Below, in pieces: positions 1 through 8,353 of a stretch of 64,000 nucleotides of DNA (position 1 is the stretch's first letter; each line of letters starts with the position of its first letter). Below the pieces are notes generated by a model. It ran no database searches. It worked only from the letters and a program-made list of their open reading frames with translations, and was not told the DNA's origin. The stretch covers positions 96,001 through 160,000 of the IMG/VR virus record IMGVR_UViG_3300021256_000057, one strand, 5' to 3'. A program made the translations under genes and the position numbers. Source of the stretch: a virus (taxonomy: Duplodnaviria > Caudoviricetes).

Positions 1-777
1 ATACGCAACAGCAAATCTAGGCTCAGGATCAGTGAACTGGGCTACGCTCTCTACTTGCACCCAATTCTCTTCCAAAAACTCGTCAGAATGAAGTGTGGCC
101 TTAGACTTTAGCCAGATAGACCGCGTATCTATGTGCTGAGATGGAAGTTTGATAATGTATCCATTATTCTTGACCTGCTGTACTGAAACTGTACAGCTCC
201 GAAGTTCACCCTCTACTGCAACTCTTGTAACACTATCTCCTGGTGCAAGAGATACCCTATCGCTCGTTGCAAATACATTCGTATTATCTGTGACAAGCGA
301 TCGTGTGCTCTTTGTGGTGTTCATACCGTAGGAGCTGGACGTAGGCAAGATATTATATGTGATAACTCTTGGTTGCTGTGTAATATCTGTATATGCGTTC
401 AATGTGCAGAAGTTAGCGCCATTGAAGCCAAAATCGAGAAACATAGTGGTCTCACTTACATTTGTAAATGTTACCTCTGTCCTTGCTGCGGTGTACCATC
501 CAAGTGTATAGCCTACCAGACCAAAGATCTTTTCTGCGTTCTTCCTTTGCGTCACAGATGGAGCATACATCTCATTTGACATCCAGTCCAGATTGACAGA
601 GAGCATGTCCGCTGAACTGGCCAGTAGAGACATCAAAACATATCCTGGGTCTGCTGTAGCATCTGGAGACCATAGCTCTGTCAGCTTTGGTACAGCATCT
701 TTCATATCCTCTAATATGGAGTTATAGTCCCTACTTGTGTATCGTATCATTCCCCTGTTCGTGTCTGCCAACGTCAT
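1..777 (-). CDS. Baseplate wedge protein (T4 gp6 / baseplate J-like), runs off left edge
   Basis: Manual translation from ATG 777 (ATGA overlap with upstream gene): MTLADTNRGMIRYTSRDYNSILEDM...DPGYVLMSLLASSADMLSVNLD...NEMY...TQRKNAEKIFGLVGY, a typical gp6/J N-terminus; follows a gp25-like gene. Confidence 0.75.
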   Translation of the reverse strand, partial: MTLADTNRGMIRYTSRDYNSILEDMKDAVPKLTELWSPDATADPGYVLMSLLASSADMLSVNLDWMSNEMYAPSVTQRKNAEKIFGLVGYTLGWYTAARTEVTFTNVSETTMFLDFGFNGANFCTLNAYTDITQQPRVITYNILPTSSSYGMNTTKSTRSLVTDNTNVFATSDRVSLAPGDSVTRVAVEGELRSCTVSVQQVKNNGYIIKLPSQHIDTRSIWLKSKATLHSDEFLEENWVQVESVAQFTDPEPRFAVAY

Positions 778-1187
778 TCACCCACTTTCACAGTATCTCC
801 GTATATCGTTTTGATACCAACCGTCATTTCAAGTGTATTGTAATTCTGTACAACACTACCATCGCTACCAGATATCAACAGACCGTCTGCGTATGCAGTC
901 TCATCTGGTATACAACATGGTTCGTGGATACGGAGCTGTTCTTCTATCCTATCCTTTATAATGGCCTTTTGATTATCATTGTTGTACTGCCATAGATGCC
1001 GTTTTAGACCTACACCGAAGTTAGGTACATTGTATAGCTCTGTAGGCTCTGTCAATATCAATAGTCTGCTCCGATTTGCTATCGAGGCATTCCCTTCTAA
1101 AACTGCCACCTGACCATGTGCTACATTGAACATATCTGGAAACGCTATGCTTTTTGTCATTGATTCACACTCCGATCTCAGTTGCAC
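774..1187 (-). CDS. Baseplate wedge subunit, gp25-like (true start probably 1160)
   Basis: SIANRSRLLILTEPTELYNVPNFGVGL...IEEQLRIHEP pattern typical of GPW/gp25; context. Confidence 0.75.
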   Translation of the reverse strand: MQLRSECESMTKSIAFPDMFNVAHGQVAVLEGNASIANRSRLLILTEPTELYNVPNFGVGLKRHLWQYNNDNQKAIIKDRIEEQLRIHEPCCIPDETAYADGLLISGSDGSVVQNYNTLEMTVGIKTIYGDTVKVGE

Positions 1188-1464
1188 CTGAATAATAACT
1201 ACCGCCAGTCAAACCTATCACGATCCATTCTGAATTAGCTGGGTTTATCGCAGACAGCGCGGCGACCTCGCCCTCTGCTGGTAGATGTGGTAATAACAGA
1301 GACGGATACCATGGGAGATCCTTATCTCTTGTATAATTCCGTATCGTTCTACCTCTATAACTGGATTGATCATAAGGACCATGGATAGATGGTACTCTAA
1401 CTTGTATCATAAGTGTGCCATCACCGGTATATTTATAGTTTTTCACATATCCATATGTTATCAA
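1165..1464 (-). CDS. Baseplate spike/hub gp5 N-terminal OB-fold-like protein (stand-alone)
   Basis: IQVRVPSIHG...LPW...P.EGE.....IVIG matches the gp5/VgrG OB-domain pattern; adjacent to gp25. Confidence 0.6.
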   Translation of the reverse strand: MITYGYVKNYKYTGDGTLMIQVRVPSIHGPYDQSSYRGRTIRNYTRDKDLPWYPSLLLPHLPAEGEVAALSAINPANSEWIVIGLTGGSYYSGATEIGV

Positions 1465-1495
1465 GATAGTACACCACCTATCAAATGCAAAGATC

Positions 1496-1517
1496 GAGGG
1501 AGCTACAAAGCTCCCTC
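1496..1517. terminator. Hairpin GAGGGAGCT-acaa-AGCTCCCTC
   Basis: Perfect 9-bp inverted repeat just downstream of dam. Confidence 0.55.
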
Positions 1518-1529
1518 TTATATATAATG

Positions 1530-2387
1530 TTAGTCGTAGTTCATCAAGATAGCTTCTACCATCTTTGACCTGTTTGATTCTTTAGCACCAACATGATAGT
1601 AATGATCCACATTTAGTTTTTTACAAAAGCCCCATACGCTCTCCAAGTATGTGTTATGTCTATATTGATTATGATCCCAAGAAGACAGCATGAACCGACA
1701 TTTTGATGATACTAGAGCATCCCTTAAACTAGACTCACAACGCTCATCCCATGTATCATAGTAATCCACATGTCTATCAATATATGGAGGATCGCAGTAA
1801 ATAAACGCATCTTCATCACATTGTAGTATAGTTTCACGATAGTCCTGGCAAACAAATTTCCAGTCCTTGCAGGATAATTGATCTTCTACATACTTAACTT
1901 GGTTCACTATCTTTGTTATGTATGATTTTGAAAACCGATTAGGTTTATGACAATAAGGGACATTGAACTTATTATCCCTATTGAACCTCATCATGCCATT
2001 AAAGCAGGCTCTATTCAGAAAAAGAAAATCAAGTGGATCACCGCCATTATTGAACCTATCTCGAACCTCATAATAATACTCTGTATCCTGTTTTGACAAG
2101 ATCTGCCCCTGTTCTGTCAAGTATTCTCTAACTATACTCGATGTGACACGTTTATCCTTTATTGCATTGTAGAAACCAATAATGTGCGGATTTATATCAG
2201 AAAACACGGCAGTAGAAGCAGATACATTAAACCCAACAACACCAGAACCCATAAATGGCTCTACCCATGTTGTATTTGAGCTTATCTTGATGTTAGATTT
2301 TATTACAGGGACAAGTTTTGTCTTTATTCCTTGAATCTTAATTGGCGGCACATGTACTTTTCCAAACTCTGGAGTATTATCCATCAT
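1530..2387 (-). CDS. dam: Dam-family (D12 class) DNA adenine methyltransferase
   Basis: GIKTKL, EPFMGSGVV, SDIN, FLFLNRACFNG..RFN...FNVP, IYCDPPY motifs. Confidence 0.92.
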   Translation of the reverse strand: MMDNTPEFGKVHVPPIKIQGIKTKLVPVIKSNIKISSNTTWVEPFMGSGVVGFNVSASTAVFSDINPHIIGFYNAIKDKRVTSSIVREYLTEQGQILSKQDTEYYYEVRDRFNNGGDPLDFLFLNRACFNGMMRFNRDNKFNVPYCHKPNRFSKSYITKIVNQVKYVEDQLSCKDWKFVCQDYRETILQCDEDAFIYCDPPYIDRHVDYYDTWDERCESSLRDALVSSKCRFMLSSWDHNQYRHNTYLESVWGFCKKLNVDHYYHVGAKESNRSKMVEAILMNYD

Positions 2388-2734
2388 TCACCCTCTACGA
2401 TCTCAAAGTGTTCGAGCACAAACTTGATACGTTCCTGAACAGTATATACTTCATCATACCCTTTTACAACACGCTTCACGTTGGATCTTGCGCCATTAGT
2501 CTTTATAGGCACAAATCGGATAGAACAGGGATGGATGACATTATCGTATGTTGGATACAGTTCGAGCCATCCATCAGCATCTGTAATCGTATTGTGAAGT
2601 TTTGAGTTCAAGTATGTTTCAAGCTCACCGCTCAATACATCCACATACTCTCTAGTATAGGTAGAATTCTGGTCAATTAGCGAAAACCGCATACTGTCTA
2701 GATTCTTAACTCTTGAAGTATTTCTTGAATCCAT
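2384..2734 (-). CDS. Hypothetical protein
   Basis: 116-aa ORF with RBS (AAAGGAA), overlapping dam start. Confidence 0.6.
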   Translation of the reverse strand: MDSRNTSRVKNLDSMRFSLIDQNSTYTREYVDVLSGELETYLNSKLHNTITDADGWLELYPTYDNVIHPCSIRFVPIKTNGARSNVKRVVKGYDEVYTVQERIKFVLEHFEIVEGE

Positions 2735-2761
2735 CGTACAGTTCCTTTCTTGTAGTGCAAT

Positions 2762-3061
2762 TTATGGAAGTGGGTCGTAAGTTGCTTCACCAAGCACAGT
2801 AAGCCTAGCGATCACATTCTCGTTTTGTAGCATCTTAACAGCATAGTTATCATACCACTCCGCCTTTTGCAGATCCTGTTCTGATGGATTTCCGTCTTTA
2901 TCACCCTCACGGTATCTGTACTTAAAAGCGTTTAGGCGGCAGAAGTAGTACACCGCAAGTGGTCCGTACTTCTCTTCCATCTCCACGATACACTCTTTCC
3001 TACCAGGCTTGTTATAGTGGCTCGGATGGTCAACATTCTTTTTGATATCATCATTCATCAA
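2762..3061 (-). CDS. DUF3310-family phage protein
   Basis: VDHPSHYN...ECI...NAFKYRYR...K....DLQKAEWY. Confidence 0.85.
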   Translation of the reverse strand: MMNDDIKKNVDHPSHYNKPGRKECIVEMEEKYGPLAVYYFCRLNAFKYRYREGDKDGNPSEQDLQKAEWYDNYAVKMLQNENVIARLTVLGEATYDPLP

Positions 3062-3376
3062 TCAAACAGCTCCTTTGTAGTAGTCAGTGTCGATGCGATC
3101 AAACTTAGCAAGCAGACAATCTGCACACAGCACAGTATCCTTGTTATATCTGTAAAGCTCTTCTACATTTGCTCCGCAGTCATCACAGATCAGGATGCAC
3201 TGTTTCTCTTTACGACCACAATTGATGCATGTATCGCAATGTTCACAAGTGTCTTCAAATCTGATAGGCATAATAATCATCTCTTTCCTATTTTTCTTAT
3301 CGTTGCAGATATACGTTCGTTCTCTGCCAATTTGTCTTTGTATTTCTGATTGCGGTTCTTTTCGTACTCTTTCCAA
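3062..3376 (-). CDS. Small Cys-rich (Zn-binding) hypothetical protein; real start probably ~3280
   Basis: CEHCDTCINC, CDDCG, LCADC. Confidence 0.55.
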   Translation of the reverse strand: MERVRKEPQSEIQRQIGRERTYICNDKKNRKEMIIMPIRFEDTCEHCDTCINCGRKEKQCILICDDCGANVEELYRYNKDTVLCADCLLAKFDRIDTDYYKGAV

Positions 3377-3486
3377 GGAGTACAGTCTATCCTACATGTT
3401 GCAGAGCGATTTGGACAATCTGGTTTACATGGATGATCCACGATGGTCAGCTCCTTATTATTTATTTGGAAACAAATGAATGTCAC
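3277..3486 (-). CDS. Hypothetical protein (Cys-rich)
   Basis: PCKPDCPNRSATCRIDC; tightly packed operon. Confidence 0.5.
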   Translation of the reverse strand: MTFICFQINNKELTIVDHPCKPDCPNRSATCRIDCTPWKEYEKNRNQKYKDKLAENERISATIRKIGKR

Positions 3487-3806
3487 AAGTCTTTCTCAAC
3501 AACGACACACTTATCAGGATTTAAGTCAAACGCACCGTTCACCAATAATTTAAGTAGATTGTGTGCTGGTCTTAACTCTCTGTCAAGATTCTCACAATCT
3601 CCAAGTGTGATCTCGAACGGTTCGCCGACCTGCGGATAGATGAACAGGTGGTACCCGTATTCCGTAATAATTCTTAAGTCTGCAAAAACAACATTATGCG
3701 TGCTGATATATTCTACCCCTTCGTTAAGTTGCTCAATAATATCGCTATACGCTTCTGCTGTTGCATAGTGCTTATTGCCAAAGCAAACAACAAACTTCTT
3801 TTCCAC
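3483..3806 (-). CDS. Hypothetical protein
   Basis: ORF with RBS GAGGG, operon packing. Confidence 0.6.
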   Translation of the reverse strand: MEKKFVVCFGNKHYATAEAYSDIIEQLNEGVEYISTHNVVFADLRIITEYGYHLFIYPQVGEPFEITLGDCENLDRELRPAHNLLKLLVNGAFDLNPDKCVVVEKDL

Positions 3807-3824
3807 GGTGCAACCCTCACTTTC

Positions 3825-4142
3825 TCATAGTCTCATGATTGTTTCCGTTTCGTTTCGTATTTGCAATTCGTCCAGGATGACGGCTTTGAGCTCAGCCGGC
3901 GTCCGACGCTTTTCAGACAGGTAGTCTTTCAGCAGCTCTGACGGCAAGCCTCGCAGCAGCGCGATGGCGTCTTGTAGCCTGCCATAGGTGTAGTCGTGTT
4001 TGACGTCATAGTCTGCCGCGCAAATATTGTCATAGAAACAATACACGTCATTTTTGTCTTGGCACGATAGGTGGCACTTGCTGCACATACCTTCCATCTT
4101 CGCAACATAGTCCGTCTTAAGCTCTCCCCATGCTGTATTCAT
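3825..4142 (-). CDS. Hypothetical protein
   Basis: ORF with RBS GAGG. Confidence 0.6.
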   Translation of the reverse strand: MNTAWGELKTDYVAKMEGMCSKCHLSCQDKNDVYCFYDNICAADYDVKHDYTYGRLQDAIALLRGLPSELLKDYLSEKRRTPAELKAVILDELQIRNETETIMRL

Positions 4143-4154
4143 AGCCTCATTTCC

Positions 4155-4730
4155 TCACTTATGCCACCTCATCTTTAGAATGAATTTGATCATTTTCAAA
4201 TAGTTATCTCTAATTGTATCATAGGCTTTCTTAGATTCATCATCAGGCAGTCTATCGGATATGACATCAGATGTGGTATCAAGCCAGTCTTGATAGAACT
4301 TGGTCAGCTCCGATCTTGTCATCTCTTCAAGAGTTCTTAGAGCGCCATGATAAGAGTGAGCATCTACATTGATCAATTTGATGTACTTTGCTACTTCGTC
4401 AAATTCTTCCTTGCCGAAGAACTCAACAAGTACAGGCTCTAGCTGGATGATCTGTATATCATCTAGGAGGATGTCTACACCAGCTTGATCTACAGTAAAT
4501 ATCTTCATACTAGAGATACTAGCATTATCATCAATATAACCGTTCACTTTGTCAAAGAGCCAATTTACGCGACTTGCATCTCCATTGTTATGCCCGATAG
4601 ACCAAGATCGCAAGCTGATCGACTTGATCCTACAAAATGGAAGATTTTTCTCAATTAAGATACGTCTCTTATTATCTTTCAGGCCATTCTTCCATAACCT
4701 GACCCTAGCTATAAGCAGTCTAAGTGACAC
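4155..4730 (-). CDS. Hypothetical protein
   Basis: 191-aa ORF downstream of ACTCGTTATA motif at 4762-4771. Confidence 0.6.
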   Translation of the reverse strand: MSLRLLIARVRLWKNGLKDNKRRILIEKNLPFCRIKSISLRSWSIGHNNGDASRVNWLFDKVNGYIDDNASISSMKIFTVDQAGVDILLDDIQIIQLEPVLVEFFGKEEFDEVAKYIKLINVDAHSYHGALRTLEEMTRSELTKFYQDWLDTTSDVISDRLPDDESKKAYDTIRDNYLKMIKFILKMRWHK

Positions 4731-4848
4731 ACTATCACGCCTTTCGATTTGTGCTATCTATTATAACGAGTGTGAAAGAATCAAAAAGATGCAGTCCTAT
4801 TGAACTGCATCTATATGTAAATATTCTGTGAACGTATACACATCTATA

Positions 4849-4877
4849 TTGACTTATGTGGATTTATGTGCTATAAT
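4849..4877 (+). promoter_or_regulatory. sigma70/sigmaA-type promoter for the candidate acr operon
   Basis: TTGACT-17 bp-TATAAT, 31 nt upstream of ATG 4909 (RBS AAAGGTGG). Confidence 0.8.
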
Positions 4878-4908
4878 AAAGAAAACATGTAGAAAGGTGG
4901 CGATAGCC

Positions 4909-5649
4909 ATGACAAAAGAGACTGCATATTTGTTAGGGCAGGTCTATGGAAAACTGATCAGCCTTAACAAGAACTGGGACACGATGGCCAGACTAACGAT
5001 CGCTATGAGAAAGCCCATGCGAGCTATCACGGAGCTGCACTTGAATGCGATTCGTTCCAAATTTTTCACTGATGATGTACAAGAGTACATCATGTTCCGT
5101 CTTGCAGATGTGTCTGTAGATGATGCTATGAGCGATATGAACACAGAGACATCCAGCTCGTTCATGCTCGGTGTGCATTCCTTCGATCTGGATGCCCCAC
5201 AGCTCATCAAGAACATAGATCTAACACAGGAAGAGATCGCAGAAAAGCTCGGTGTGAGCGCAAACACTGTATCGAGATGGAAACTCGGTACATCATCGCC
5301 ATCTCAAAAGACGCTGTATAAATTGCAGAAGCTCAGGATCGATCCGTTCGGCTTTGAGAGATATGAGGATATGGTGCTGATAGACGAGGTATGGCATGAT
5401 CCGTCTCATCCGTATGAACTTATCGTAGAGGATCGTGGCAACTTCTATGTCTATGGTAAGCCGTTCATCAAATCCCCTAGTAGCAGTCAGTTCCGCAGAT
5501 TCCCCACAAGGCCGGTCGAAAAGGCAAGACCCGGATATCTCCATAGGTATGGCATCTGGGCAAGAGGATTATGCAGAAGAAAGGATGTAGATCTGTATGA
5601 AAAAGAAAAAGCCGGATCCGATGCCTCTGGCAGCGATCAAGAACCTTAA
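4909..5649 (+). CDS. Fusion: Cas8c C-terminal/Cas11-like helical domain (tentative) + XRE HTH + unknown C-terminal domain
   Basis: HTH clear (LTQEEIAEKLGVSANTVSRWKLGTSSP). N-terminus AYLLGQVYGKL...P..AITELHL...SSFMLG resembles the AYLxGRLFA...P..F..L...QGxFxLG pattern of Csd1/Cas11c. Confidence 0.55.
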   Translation: MTKETAYLLGQVYGKLISLNKNWDTMARLTIAMRKPMRAITELHLNAIRSKFFTDDVQEYIMFRLADVSVDDAMSDMNTETSSSFMLGVHSFDLDAPQLIKNIDLTQEEIAEKLGVSANTVSRWKLGTSSPSQKTLYKLQKLRIDPFGFERYEDMVLIDEVWHDPSHPYELIVEDRGNFYVYGKPFIKSPSSSQFRRFPTRPVEKARPGYLHRYGIWARGLCRRKDVDLYEKEKAGSDASGSDQEP

Positions 5650-6514
5650 AGAGAACCATCCTGATGTATGGCGGAAGGTCGATGCTAATGATATCAATTC
5701 TGCGGTAGAATATGCAAAGTCCCATAACATCCCTGAATCCGCATATATTATCGCTGCTCTGTCTCGGTGGAGACTCAGCAAGCAAATCTTTGAGGTCAAT
5801 GAGGAGCTGTGCAAGATCCTCATGAACTCGGATAAACTTGATGAGGAGATACCGAACGAAGTGATCAATAGATTGATCTACAACTCCTTTTACGTCAAAC
5901 TACCAGAGAATTTCTTGACAGTACGTTCTGTAAACGGAGAATCTATGGATCTTCCCATGGATGGCTTCTTCTACAATGTTATAAATAAATCCATCCTGAT
6001 CGTTATCATGTACAGTACAGGACACACCCAGAGCCTCGGATTTGACATCTACAATGACTTGTCGCTTAGGGCATGTATGGAGAAGCATATGACTGCTAAC
6101 AGTGATGTATACAAGACAGTCAACTTCTTCTTACAGATCGTTCTATATCTCTGTGCGGATAATGCGGACATTGAGGAAAACAAAGTTCAGCGCTCTGTGT
6201 ATAAGCAAAGTCCTATCGTAACAGATAGATACTCAGAAGTCCGTAAATGGGATGTTGGTTGGAGATATGGCAATGCTATTAAAAAGATGAGATCAAGTCA
6301 GGCTACGGATGGATCACACGCAGAAGCATCTCATGTTGGATCTCATACCAGGAAAAGGACACATGTCCGCAGAGGACACTATCATCATTACTGGGTAGGA
6401 TCTGAGAAGTCTGGTAACAGGGAGCTGATCTTAAAGTGGACATCACCAGTGGTAGTCAACGCAGAATACGAAAACACTGCAACTATCCACAGAGTTATCC
6501 ATAAAGTGAAGTAA
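5597..6514 (+). CDS. AcrVA2-like protein (AcrVA2/FinQ-related family)
   Basis: WRLSKQIFEV, LYLCADNADI, WDVGWRYG, KRTHVRRGHYHHYWVG, ELILKW..PVVVN follow the order of AcrVA2 motifs as I recall them (WR..GIYQL, LWLC..EPDI, YQIGERLG, PHIRRGHWHGYW, VRW..VFVN). Confidence 0.78.
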   Translation: MKKKKPDPMPLAAIKNLKENHPDVWRKVDANDINSAVEYAKSHNIPESAYIIAALSRWRLSKQIFEVNEELCKILMNSDKLDEEIPNEVINRLIYNSFYVKLPENFLTVRSVNGESMDLPMDGFFYNVINKSILIVIMYSTGHTQSLGFDIYNDLSLRACMEKHMTANSDVYKTVNFFLQIVLYLCADNADIEENKVQRSVYKQSPIVTDRYSEVRKWDVGWRYGNAIKKMRSSQATDGSHAEASHVGSHTRKRTHVRRGHYHHYWVGSEKSGNRELILKWTSPVVVNAEYENTATIHRVIHKVK

Positions 6515-6524
6515 GTAAAAAATG

Positions 6525-6603
6525 GGAGCTGTGCATCATAACAGATGTACAGCTCCTTTTCTATATCAATAAGAAATACCCTGCTAGTGTTATCCAGCAG
6601 GGC
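6525..6603. terminator. Two hairpins between convergent genes
   Basis: GGAGCTGT...ACAGCTCC followed by TTTT (6525-6560) and CCCTGCT...AGCAGGG-like stem (~6579-6602). Confidence 0.65.
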
Positions 6604-6613
6604 ATTGTCTTCA

Positions 6614-7042
6614 TCAAAGACCTAGTTTGTTTAGAATCCAAGCAGAAATGTTCGGAGCTGCATCTTCGGCCACCATGCGCTTGATCTGTTCAAGCTGCGC
6701 GTTGGTGACCGAGATCGACAATACAGTCTTCTCACCATCTTCATCAACATCACCGAAAATCTTTTCATACGCATCTACATCGAGATACTCCTCAGCCCAC
6801 TTCTTTGCGTCTGCGTATGACATCGGCATGATGCGCTCACCAGGAGCCCACTCAGACATACCAGCGGATTCAGCGTACTTGCTACCAGCATGGCCATATC
6901 CGTGCAGGAAGAACTCGCCACCGCGCTTGCGGTAGAGTGTCTCACAGTAGTAGTCATACTGTGATTTGGAGCTGTGCGTGTACTGTGCCAATTCCTGTGC
7001 TGTATCGGTGTCATACCGTTTTCCGTTAATAATCTTTTTCAT
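6614..7042 (-). CDS. Conserved phage protein (MKKIINGKRYDTxTA type), possible C-terminal ribbon-helix-helix
   Basis: Common phage N-terminus; C-terminal LSISVT...LEQIKRM...NISAWI. Confidence 0.6.
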   Translation of the reverse strand: MKKIINGKRYDTDTAQELAQYTHSSKSQYDYYCETLYRKRGGEFFLHGYGHAGSKYAESAGMSEWAPGERIMPMSYADAKKWAEEYLDVDAYEKIFGDVDEDGEKTVLSISVTNAQLEQIKRMVAEDAAPNISAWILNKLGL

Positions 7043-7064
7043 TGCATGTGATCCTCAATTCCGA

Positions 7065-7301
7065 TTATTCTCTAAAAAAGTCAACTCTGGAATTTCTGAA
7101 CGTTTTCGTAGTACCATCGGCGAATGTTACGATCGTGTACTCGTTGTATTCGTCGATTTCATCAATACCAGTGTTATGAGCTTCATCTGCACTGAGCTTT
7201 TTCACATCGAACGACCAGACATCCTTGTAAATACGCTCTTCGAGCTTCTTGCTTTCTACATTGTACTTGCAGCCATCGTAGATCTTTACCTTGATAACCA
7301 T
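7065..7301 (-). CDS. Small acidic hypothetical protein
   Basis: Strong RBS GGAGGTGG. Confidence 0.65.
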   Translation of the reverse strand: MVIKVKIYDGCKYNVESKKLEERIYKDVWSFDVKKLSADEAHNTGIDEIDEYNEYTIVTFADGTTKTFRNSRVDFFRE

Positions 7302-7330
7302 TGTACCACCTCCATTGTTTAATGTGCGTC

Positions 7331-7750
7331 TTACTGCATCAGCAGTTTCTTGATGATCTCCTGCTTGTGTTCTTTGATAGCATTCTTCGTATCTGCGGGC
7401 AGGATAGCCCAGCCAGGAACCAGGATGTGCTCACCGTCCTCGTGCATCCTAAGATGGTATTTTTCAATCAGCTCCTCGACATAGGACAGCGGAGTATGCT
7501 CTGCGATCCATCTCTCTGCGATCCAGCTCTCTGCGGTCTGTATGCTGTGCATCCCTGCGGTGATCTCGTCCCAGCCGCCCCACTCAGCATCATCGAGCAT
7601 CTCGATAACCTCACCGTCCCACAGGCGCTCTACCTTGTCACAGATCTCGTCATCGCTAAGGTCAAAGTCGATCACGGCAGTGCCACGGTCATCGTCCATC
7701 AGGATGAGATAGTTCATCGTGTTATCTTGGCCTACAAACAGTCTTCTCAT
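7331..7750 (-). CDS. Acidic hypothetical protein
   Basis: RBS AGGAGG; first gene after the sigma70 promoter at 7811-7839. Confidence 0.65.
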   Translation of the reverse strand: MRRLFVGQDNTMNYLILMDDDRGTAVIDFDLSDDEICDKVERLWDGEVIEMLDDAEWGGWDEITAGMHSIQTAESWIAERWIAEHTPLSYVEELIEKYHLRMHEDGEHILVPGWAILPADTKNAIKEHKQEIIKKLLMQ

Positions 7751-7810
7751 GATATGCCTCCTATTTCATGCAGATCTTCTGGGCATCCGCTAAACCCTAT
7801 CCTCTATTAC

Positions 7811-7839
7811 ATTATAGCATACTTTTGCATAAATGTCAA
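7811..7839 (-). promoter_or_regulatory. Consensus sigma70 (early) promoter
   Basis: Minus strand TTGACA-17 bp-TATAAT. Confidence 0.85.
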
Positions 7840-7908
7840 TCCATATAACAATTATGTAAATGTATATATGTAGAAAACAGAGTGAATATTTGTGCAGCAT
7901 GCTAATAG

Positions 7909-7948
7909 CAAAACCCGGCTACAGTCTAAACCATAGCCGGGTGTTTTG
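7909..7948. terminator. Rho-independent terminator
   Basis: CAAAACCCGGCTA...TAGCCGGGTGTTTTG inverted repeat after the 7958 gene. Confidence 0.7.
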
Positions 7949-7957
7949 TCACTGTGT

Positions 7958-8335
7958 TTACTCGTTGAGCATCTTCTTGAGGTCCTCGATGGACATGTTC
8001 ATCAGTGACTGATCCTCCTTGGCAGCGATGATCTCTGCGATACGCTGCTTCTTCTGCTTCTCCTGTGCGAGAGCCAGCTTCTTATCATTAGCGTCCTTCT
8101 TCGTAGCAAATACATCTTTGACGATCTCGATCTTGATGTCTACAGATGTGGGAGCTGTACCAACGTCAAGGAGAGAGTCACCAGACATCGCTTGCTTCTC
8201 CTTATTCAGGGACTTGTACAGAGCATCCAGCTCCTTCATGTTGAGATGGTACAGATCCTCTACACAGAGGTTTCCCTTATCGGTCTTGAACCGAAGTGCC
8301 TCCATTGCTGCGATCTTATAGATGTTAGTCTCCAT
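7958..8335 (-). CDS. Conserved phage coiled-coil protein (partner of the 686-aa gene)
   Basis: LRFKTDKGNLCVEDLYHL...KQRIAEIIAAKEDQSL..MSIEDL, a pattern common in lytic phages. Confidence 0.7.
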   Translation of the reverse strand: METNIYKIAAMEALRFKTDKGNLCVEDLYHLNMKELDALYKSLNKEKQAMSGDSLLDVGTAPTSVDIKIEIVKDVFATKKDANDKKLALAQEKQKKQRIAEIIAAKEDQSLMNMSIEDLKKMLNE

Positions 8336-8353
8336 TTGTAATACTTCCTTTCC

